Positions 56,934 through 64,000 of a stretch of 64,000 bases of DNA are shown here, one piece after another. The stretch's first letter is position 1, and every line of letters begins with the position of its first letter. Origin of the DNA: Arcobacteraceae bacterium (GTDB taxonomy: Bacteria > Campylobacterota > Campylobacteria > Campylobacterales > Arcobacteraceae); contig CBDCZH010000015.1 in assembly GCA_965224485.1 (NCBI GenBank), positions 1-64,000 on the forward strand. The letters run 5' to 3'. A program made the translations under genes and the position numbers. The notes under the pieces are model-generated. The model did not search any database. It had not been told where the DNA came from and saw only the letters and a list, made by a program, of their open reading frames with translations.

Positions 56934-57274
56934 CCCGCTCTTTTCTTCTTTTGCCAAAAAGAAGAAACAAGAAAGTGTCTACGGCTTCATCGGCCTAAAG
57001 GCTCCCTAAATATTTTTTATTGATTTACTTAAAAATATAACTCACTAAAATATGCCTGAGGGCATATTTATTAACGCTCAAACAGAAATTTTTGGGTTAC
57101 GTAAATCAATAAAAAATATTTAGCTCTTGCAGATGTAGATTTAAAGGAAAGATTATTTGTCTACTTCGTAGATGTAGTTTTGATTCATATTAATAAATTA
57201 ATTTTTATATTGGGCATTTTGATTACTTGCTCTTTCCTGCCTTTGAGGAAGTTAGAATTTAAGAATTTATTTTC
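56934..57274. repeat. Multi-hairpin element copy A (complete left arm, truncated right arm)
   Basis: 11-bp hairpin 56942-56967, perfect 23-bp stem 57006-57028/57101-57123, inner aaatatgcc-tgag-ggcatattt. Confidence 0.85.
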
Positions 57275-57339
57275 TATAATAAAAAAGAACTATTAATATC
57301 ATAAAACTAAAATAAATATTTATAATATTAGGAAAATGA

Positions 57340-57696
57340 ATGAAACTAAATATACTTATAATAACTCTTATACTTCTATTTAATGGATGTAGCTTTAAAA
57401 ATCAAGTTAATAATATTGAAAAAGAAAATAGTGTTTTAAATGATTACAGACTAAAAGAAGAAGCTAAAAATATACAAGAGATGAGAAATATATGTTTAAA
57501 AAAAGGATATACATGGCATTTCTCTTATGATGATGAAATTGAATGTGGCGCACCACTTGGTAAAAGAATTGAAATAGGTACTTTTGTGCCCTCTTCCTCT
57601 ATCTCCACTACTGTAGAAAAAGAAAGTGATACATTCACTTCTTCTGATTTAATAGACACTATTATTGATGCATTAATATTCAATTCTATTTATTAA
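57340..57696 (+). CDS. Putative lipoprotein
   Basis: Signal peptide with lipobox LLFNG-C; AGGA ribosome-binding site; TATAAT at 57275. Confidence 0.78.
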   Translation: MKLNILIITLILLFNGCSFKNQVNNIEKENSVLNDYRLKEEAKNIQEMRNICLKKGYTWHFSYDDEIECGAPLGKRIEIGTFVPSSSISTTVEKESDTFTSSDLIDTIIDALIFNSIY

Positions 57697-57772
57697 TTAT
57701 AGTTTTAATTTATTAGTTTATACTTTAAAGCAGTTTTAAATAACTGGTGTTTGCTCTTGTAAACTTTCAGTT

Positions 57773-58285
57773 CCCGCTTTCTTACTTTTGTATTGACAAA
57801 AAGTAAGCAAAAACAACTACTGTTTCGGAGGTCTTCGACTACCTAAAGTTTTTTTATTTATTTACTTAAAAATAAAACTCACTAAAACATGCCTCAAGGC
57901 ATCTTTTTTCACGCTCTAACAGTTATTTTTGGGTTACGTAAATAAATAAAAAAACTTTAGCTCCTGCAAATGTAGCATTTCAACGGAAAGATTTTTTGTC
58001 TGCTAAAGCAGATATTGTTTTAAAACATATTTATAAATACATTTTTTATTGGGCATTTAAACTACTTGCTCTTTTCCTGCCTTTGAGGAAGCTAGAGTTT
58101 GAGAGTTTATTTTCGGTGAAAAGCGAAGCATGTCTGAGCGTTTAAAAAGGTGCCGTAAGGGCACGTTTTAGCGAGTTCTGGAGCGCAGAAAATAAATTTT
58201 TGAACTCTAGGCACCCGAAGGGCTTCAGCAACCGGCAGTCGACTTTTTTGTTTCTTTTTGATCGACAAAAAAAGAAAAAAAGCGC
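57773..58285. repeat. Multi-hairpin element copy B (two homologous arms in inverted orientation)
   Basis: Left 23-bp stem 57843-57865/57938-57960; right 23-bp stem 58092-58114/58188-58210; both enclose aactc.ctaaaac.tgcc..ggca..acgctc..aca on opposite strands. Confidence 0.85.
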
Positions 58286-58402
58286 GAAGGTTTACCTTTG
58301 TAAGAGTTCTAAAAGTTAAAACTAACTTAGAAATAAAATTCAAGTAATTAAGTTTGCCTTAAGTTTCTTTTTTGTTATACTTAGAAAAAGACAAGGAAGA
58401 AA

Positions 58403-59032
58403 ATGAAAAAAAAAATAGAAGATATAACTAAAAGCTTAAGTTTATGCACTCTGTATTTTGATGACATATCTGAGATTTATAATATATTAAGAGAATACAA
58501 AAATTCTGTAAAGATATCAACCGATAAATATCATGATATTAGCTCTTTAGATGAAATAAAAGACATTAAAATAAAAAGTCTTGAGTTTATAGTAAATAAA
58601 GAATCTGAATATATTTATCTTGAATTTAATGAAAAAGAAACTAATTTTTATTCAAATGCTAAAACAATATATACAGTAGGTATTATTTCAAAAATAGAAG
58701 AGACACTTCAGAAAATAGAAAAATCAAAAAAATTACATTCATTCAAAGTACCTATAAAAATGGTAATTCTTGTTACTCTTTGGTTAATAATTAATAGAAT
58801 TATACTTTCTACTCTAGACATTAACGAAGAAGAATTAGAAAGAACTATTATATTAATTTCTGGAATAATCACACTATTATTAGCATTGATTAATTTTAAA
58901 ATACTTGAATATAAAAATGAATTTATTTTAAATAAAAAAAGAATTGAGTATAGTTTTTTTCAAGAACATAAAGAATGGATAATACCATTACTTACAATGG
59001 TAGGAGGATATTTGTTAGGTGAATTTTTTTAA
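58403..59032 (+). CDS. Hypothetical membrane protein
   Basis: 209 aa, AAGGA ribosome-binding site, three C-terminal hydrophobic segments. Confidence 0.72.
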   Translation: MKKKIEDITKSLSLCTLYFDDISEIYNILREYKNSVKISTDKYHDISSLDEIKDIKIKSLEFIVNKESEYIYLEFNEKETNFYSNAKTIYTVGIISKIEETLQKIEKSKKLHSFKVPIKMVILVTLWLIINRIILSTLDINEEELERTIILISGIITLLLALINFKILEYKNEFILNKKRIEYSFFQEHKEWIIPLLTMVGGYLLGEFF

Positions 59033-61585
59033 CCTCTTTATAATTTCAAGAAAAATAATAAACATCCTCTTCTTCGTTCGAGAAGTAGCAACAGCTTCAT
59101 ATGGGTTTTCTGGCCAATAATGTCTTTTATACTTACCTCGTAACTCTTTTCTTACCTCAGCATAAGAATTATCCCAAAAACTTTTTAAATCATATGTTAT
59201 TTGTATCTCTTGTAAAGCTGGATTTAGAAGATATATTTGTAAAGAAAGAGTATTATTTAGAATTTTTGGTGTTTGTTTTAAACCAAAAACTTCTTGTATC
59301 TTTACTTTTAAATTTGGATGTTTTACATTTGAATAGTCTATTTTTATATTTGAGCCACTTGGTACTTTTATACTAGAAGGAAGATAATCTTCTAATGTTT
59401 TTAAAGTATTCCATGGTATTTTGGCTTGTAAAATATTGTACATATCAAGTTCTTTTAGAGCTTTGATTGTTTTTATGTTTTGCAATTGAGTTTCTAATAA
59501 ATTATCTATGTCTTTTAATAAAGCTTCTTTTGTAAAGTCTGGTAAATTTAAGGTATTTTCTTTATCGTGAGCATTATAAAAGTTTACTTTTTCTATCAAA
59601 CCTTGTACTTTTTTACTCCAAGTTAAAAGTTCAAGACCTTCTTCTTTTATAAGATTTATAAATAGTTTTTCATATTCCTTATTTTCTATATTTGTATTAG
59701 GTTTTGAGGCTAGTTCAAGTTTTAAAAACATTGTTCTTGTTTTTATCTCAAAACTTTGTTTTTCTTTATTATATAAAAAAGTATTTTCTTCTTTTAAATA
59801 AGAAGAGAAGTATTTTTTTATGTTTTCAAATGAAATATAAGCAGCAAGAGATATTATAGAATTTTTATCTTTTGCTATTATATTAGCTACTACTAAATAC
59901 TCACTATTAAATAGTAAATCTTTTTTATTTAGTACTGCTCCTTTTGCATTTGATAACTTATATCTATTGTCATTTTTTTCTCTTAGTTTTGCTAGTCTAT
60001 TTGGATAAGCAAAAAGTAAAAGAACACCTAAAATATCTTTTTGTAAATTTCTATCTAAGTATTTTTCTTTACTTTTAATAACAGATATTTTTTTCAACTT
60101 ATCAAAAAGATGTTTTGCTTGTACTAAGACTTGTTTTGCCCTAAATATATCTATAAAAGCACTATTAAAGTCTTTATTTTTTAAACTTAGAAATCTATCA
60201 TAAATATCACAACAAGAAAAAGAGTCTTTTAAAATATCTTTCTCTTCTAATAAAGAAGTTAATAAACAAGCATCATAAGCAAGGCCTAATTCATTGGCTT
60301 TTAAAATCATATTAGCAAAACGTGGATGAACACCTAAATTTAGTGCTTGTTTTCCATATACTGTAATATTATATGTTTCATCTAACATATTTATATTTTT
60401 TAATAAGTCTTTAGTTGAGTTTATAATCTGCTCTTGGGGTATATCTAATAGTTGTATTTCACTTAAATGCTTTACTCCCCAAAGAGCTAGGTTTAATATA
60501 AAGTAAGATAAGTCTGATCTTAAAATCTCTGGCTTATTAGAAGCTTGTAATATTCTATTTTTATGCCATAACTTATAACATTTACCAGAACTTAATCTTC
60601 CAGCCCTCCCAGATCTCTGCGTTGCTGATTCTTTTGAGATAAAGCAGTATTCTAAGTGATTCATATCATTTGTATGTGAGAATCTACTTTGTTTTTCTAG
60701 TCCTGAATCTATTACTACTTTTATGCCTTCTATTGTTAAAGAGGTTTGAGAAATATTTGTTGATAGTATTATTTTTCGCTTAGAACATTTTCCTAAGGCT
60801 TCATCTTGTTGTTTTTTTGAAAGGCTTGAGTGCAAGGGTAAAATTTCTACCTCTTTAGCTTCTAAAAAAGTATTTAATTTTTCTTCTAAAGACCTAATCT
60901 CTTTAGTTCCAGCTAAAAAAACTAAAATATCACCCTTGTCTTCTTTTAAAGATTTTAATATAGTATTGTAAAGAAGAAGACTTAAAGAGTTTATATCTGG
61001 GTGTTTAATACTAAGAGGCAAGTATATATCTTCTATCTCAAACATTCTTCCCTTACTTGTAATTAAAGAAGTATTAGGAAGTAAGTTTAATAACTTTGAA
61101 GAATTTAGTGTTGCTGACATTAGAAGTATTTTTAAATCAGGTCTTATTAATTCTTGTGATTGTAAGCATAAAGCAAGTGAGAGATCACTATGTATACTTC
61201 TTTCATGAAACTCATCAAAAATCACTAAAGCTACATCTTCTAAAGCTTGATCATACTGTAGCTTTTTTGTTAATATTCCTTCTGTTACAACAAGTATTTT
61301 TGTATTTTTACTAAAACAAGAATCCATTTTCACTTGATATCCTACACTTTGTCCTACTTTTTCCCCAAGTAATCTTGCCATTTGAGATGCAACTGCACGT
61401 GCTGCTACCCTACGTGGTTCAAGCATGATTATAATTTTTTTTTCTAGCCAATATTCTTTTAAAAGAGAAATAGGAACAAGGGTACTTTTTCCAGCTCCTG
61501 CAGGAGCTTCAAGTATTAATCTTGTACTTTTAGATAGAGAGTTTTTAATTTCAAGAAGAACGTCATTTATAGGAAGTTTTATCAT
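59015..61585 (-). CDS. hrpB: ATP-dependent helicase HrpB
   Basis: APAGAGKST, LEPRRVAAR, DEFHERS, MSAT, QRSGRAGR, LRGKYKRHYWPENP. Confidence 0.96.
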   Translation of the reverse strand: MIKLPINDVLLEIKNSLSKSTRLILEAPAGAGKSTLVPISLLKEYWLEKKIIIMLEPRRVAARAVASQMARLLGEKVGQSVGYQVKMDSCFSKNTKILVVTEGILTKKLQYDQALEDVALVIFDEFHERSIHSDLSLALCLQSQELIRPDLKILLMSATLNSSKLLNLLPNTSLITSKGRMFEIEDIYLPLSIKHPDINSLSLLLYNTILKSLKEDKGDILVFLAGTKEIRSLEEKLNTFLEAKEVEILPLHSSLSKKQQDEALGKCSKRKIILSTNISQTSLTIEGIKVVIDSGLEKQSRFSHTNDMNHLEYCFISKESATQRSGRAGRLSSGKCYKLWHKNRILQASNKPEILRSDLSYFILNLALWGVKHLSEIQLLDIPQEQIINSTKDLLKNINMLDETYNITVYGKQALNLGVHPRFANMILKANELGLAYDACLLTSLLEEKDILKDSFSCCDIYDRFLSLKNKDFNSAFIDIFRAKQVLVQAKHLFDKLKKISVIKSKEKYLDRNLQKDILGVLLLFAYPNRLAKLREKNDNRYKLSNAKGAVLNKKDLLFNSEYLVVANIIAKDKNSIISLAAYISFENIKKYFSSYLKEENTFLYNKEKQSFEIKTRTMFLKLELASKPNTNIENKEYEKLFINLIKEEGLELLTWSKKVQGLIEKVNFYNAHDKENTLNLPDFTKEALLKDIDNLLETQLQNIKTIKALKELDMYNILQAKIPWNTLKTLEDYLPSSIKVPSGSNIKIDYSNVKHPNLKVKIQEVFGLKQTPKILNNTLSLQIYLLNPALQEIQITYDLKSFWDNSYAEVRKELRGKYKRHYWPENPYEAVATSRTKKRMFIIFLEIIKRLKKFT

Positions 61586-61643
61586 AAACTTATTATATGA
61601 AAATAAGCTTATTAATTAACTTGTTTAATCATGAAATTTATCT

Positions 61644-63206
61644 TTATCTCTCACAAACTTTATTTCTTCCAGTTTCTTTTGCATCATATAAAGCTTTATC
61701 CACATTTTGCAAAAAGGCTTTTAATTGTGAATCTGAAGTAGGTACTATTGTTGTAGCACCAATACTGATACTTATAATATTTGAAATTTTAGAAAACTTA
61801 TGTTCTATTTTAGCATTTAGTATTGCTTCTAAACATTTATTTGCAATAGTAAGAGATTCTTTTGTATTTGGTAAAACGATAATAAATTCTTCTCCGCCAT
61901 ACCTAGCAATTAAATCAGAATCTCTTTTTAATGTATTTTTTAAAATGCTCGCAACATCTTGTAAACAAGTATCCCCTTTAGGATGACCATAATTATCATT
62001 ATATAATTTAAAATAATCTATATCAATCATAACTAAAGAGATAGGTGTTTTATCTCTTAATGCCCTATTCCATTGAGAATATAAATACTCATCAAAATAT
62101 CTTCTGTTTGCAATATTTGTTAAGGTATCAGTTCTTGATAAAATACTTAGTTTTTTATTTAAAGCATCCAATTCTTGCGTTCTTTTTTTTACTAATTTTT
62201 CAACTAACTCTTTTCTTTTATTTATAAAAAATATATATAAAGTTCCAAATAATACAAAAATTAGTATAAAGAATGTAGCGAATAAGGGGGTTAATGTTCT
62301 TCTTTGTTCAATATATACTTTTGAGGCAAAAGCTTTTAATACTAAATCTCTTCCCCCTAGCTTCATAAGTTTTTTTTCATAAGTAAAATAAGTATTTTGT
62401 TTAGATTTAGTAATAAAATCACTATAAAGAATATCTATTTTTTCATCAGTCTCATCAATAAGTAATAAATTAATTCCTTTTGTTTCAACTCTTGACATAG
62501 CAGTATTAAACATATCTTCTATCCTAAAAACACCAAGTATGAAACCTTCAAGATTTAGACGTTTATTTTTTATTGTACTAGAGTGGGTTTTGTAAATGGG
62601 CATGAAAGTTAAAAAAGCTTTTTTCTTGGAAGTTTCTTGAACTAAGATAATACTTTTAGTTGATAAGAGTTGTCCTAAATCCATTGAATTTTTTAAAGTT
62701 TCTAATCTCTTGACATTTGAAGCCAAATCAAAACCTAAGGCAATTTCATTTCCATAAAAAGGTTCTATATACGATATAGGGAAATAGATTTCTCTCTCTT
62801 TAGCTCTAATCATACTACCTTGTGAAAGTATTTGTGTTATTTCAAAGTTAGCAAATTCAGTTTTTCTTCCTTTTTCAAAAGCTTCTCTATTTTTATGCTC
62901 TACTTTTGGAATCCATTCTAAGGCTTGAATATCTTTATGTCTTGATAAAATATCTAAACTTATAGTTTTAAACTCACTTGAACTTACAAAATTAGAACCA
63001 ATAAAAAGCCCTTTTATTGAGTGTAAAGTCTCAAAATTTAATAAAAATTCTCTCTCTAAAGAAAAAACCTTATCATGTAAATCTTTTTTCAATTCTAGCT
63101 TTATTTTATTACTCTCGTTATTATAAAGCATATAACCAAGTAACAAAGATAAACTAATTCCAATTAGGATAAGTAATATTAGTATTTTTTTAGAAAATAT
63201 ATTCAT
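61644..63206 (-). CDS. CHASE-domain diguanylate cyclase
   Basis: QALEWIP, YIEP..GNEIALGFDL (CHASE); DIDYFK.YND.YGH..GD, RDSD I-site, RYGGEEF. Confidence 0.93.
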   Translation of the reverse strand: MNIFSKKILILLILIGISLSLLLGYMLYNNESNKIKLELKKDLHDKVFSLEREFLLNFETLHSIKGLFIGSNFVSSSEFKTISLDILSRHKDIQALEWIPKVEHKNREAFEKGRKTEFANFEITQILSQGSMIRAKEREIYFPISYIEPFYGNEIALGFDLASNVKRLETLKNSMDLGQLLSTKSIILVQETSKKKAFLTFMPIYKTHSSTIKNKRLNLEGFILGVFRIEDMFNTAMSRVETKGINLLLIDETDEKIDILYSDFITKSKQNTYFTYEKKLMKLGGRDLVLKAFASKVYIEQRRTLTPLFATFFILIFVLFGTLYIFFINKRKELVEKLVKKRTQELDALNKKLSILSRTDTLTNIANRRYFDEYLYSQWNRALRDKTPISLVMIDIDYFKLYNDNYGHPKGDTCLQDVASILKNTLKRDSDLIARYGGEEFIIVLPNTKESLTIANKCLEAILNAKIEHKFSKISNIISISIGATTIVPTSDSQLKAFLQNVDKALYDAKETGRNKVCER

Positions 63207-63542
63207 ATATAACTCTTTATAAATAATATAAGTATAAATTGTAATTAGATACTCTTAAATAAAACTAAAACAAGCATACTTAAATAAATTATACCAAAAT
63301 AAGAGTTTTAGGTATTTTTTACTTTTTTATTTAGGATTTTATATAATGATTAGATAAAGAGGTCATGAGTTTCTAGAAGATTTAACTATAGTTTATTTAG
63401 TACATTAATTTAACAAGCGGAATTCTAATCAATCTTAACTTATATCATTATTAATATTATTCTTATTTAGAATTTCTTGATAAAACTACTAATGATACTT
63501 TGGTATAATTAAAACTAAGAAATAAAAAGGATTTTTTTTAAT

Positions 63543-64000
63543 ATGAGTAAAAAAGCAATATGTATATTAAGTGGAGGAATGGATTCAACTCTTTCTTCAT
63601 ATATAGCTAAAGAAGAAGGTTATGAAATAATAGCTTTGCATTTTAATTATGGTCAAAGAACACAAAACAAAGAATTAGAATCTTTTAGAAAAATATGCTC
63701 TGCTTTGAAAATAGAAAATAAATATGAAGTAGATATTCCATTTTTTACACAAATTGGTGCATCATCTTTAACAGACAAAGAAATAGATATACCAGTAAAA
63801 GGAATAGAAGATGGAGTTCCTAGTACATATGTACCTTTTAGAAATGGTATTTTCTTATCAATTGCAAGCGCTATTGCTGAAAAAGAAAAAGCGCAAGCTT
63901 TATTTATAGGAGTAGTACAAGAAGATGGTTCTGGTTATCCTGATTGTACAAATAGTTTTATTTCAAAAATGATTGAAGCTATTAATGAAGGAACTAAAAA
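63543..64000 (+). CDS. queC: 7-cyano-7-deazaguanine synthase QueC (partial, runs off the window)
   Basis: Manual translation [40 protein letters not shown]. Confidence 0.95.
   Translation, partial: MSKKAICILSGGMDSTLSSYIAKEEGYEIIALHFNYGQRTQNKELESFRKICSALKIENKYEVDIPFFTQIGASSLTDKEIDIPVKGIEDGVPSTYVPFRNGIFLSIASAIAEKEKAQALFIGVVQEDGSGYPDCTNSFISKMIEAINEGTK

Larger units (their letters stand above)
56735..58114 (+). repeat. Direct duplication, offset ~837 bp (56735-57274 and 57572-58114)
   Basis: Lipoprotein 3' end, identical agttttaaataactggtgtttgctcttgtaaactttcagttcccgct block and the structured element occur in both. Confidence 0.9.

Noticed and set aside
58107..58343. 78-aa ORF
   Set aside because: Lies almost wholly within the right arm of the structured repeat; probably a by-product of its higher GC
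51950..59032. Prophage or island integrated at the tmRNA 3' end
   Set aside because: No duplicated ssrA 3' end and no intact integrase seen; the genes right after ssrA look like core genes
3230..62227. Short antisense or overlapping ORFs in the track (e.g. 3230, 3637, 4468, 5786, 7853, 11848, 14681, 16287, 33207, 42467, 43714, 47202, 55667, 61597, 62045)
   Set aside because: Shadow frames of well-supported genes, with no ribosome-binding site or motif recognised
63340..63540. preQ1 riboswitch upstream of queC
   Set aside because: No P1 stem with the conserved loop and A-rich tail could be built

Overview
A very AT-rich chromosomal segment from a Campylobacterota bacterium, most likely Arcobacteraceae (inferred from gene content and the tmRNA tag ANNTNYSPAYAAA). 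Most of the window is housekeeping and signalling genes: rpmH-rnpA-yidD-yidC-jag-mnmE, clpB, rnhB, msrBA, purL/purH, mgtE, folE, a type II secretion/competence-like cluster, era, comM, def-clpP-tig, two ppk2 genes, carboxynorspermidine genes with a rubredoxin, an MCP, ssrA, hrpB, a diguanylate cyclase and the start of queC. Many genes between about 38 and 56 kb are split by indels at or next to homopolymer runs, most likely long-read errors. The accessory region at about 54.4-59 kb is the most interesting part. It holds a decayed integron missed by the ORF track (IntI N-terminal remnant, putative attI, two cassettes including brnT/brnA, one well-formed attC) and a second toxin-antitoxin pair. 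It also holds several copies of a ~210-bp multi-hairpin element with a constant 23-bp stem and compensatory substitutions, one pair arranged in inverted orientation. A second palindromic element forms a ~174-bp tandem array at 376-1024. All calls come from reading the sequence and recognising motifs; no database search was run.
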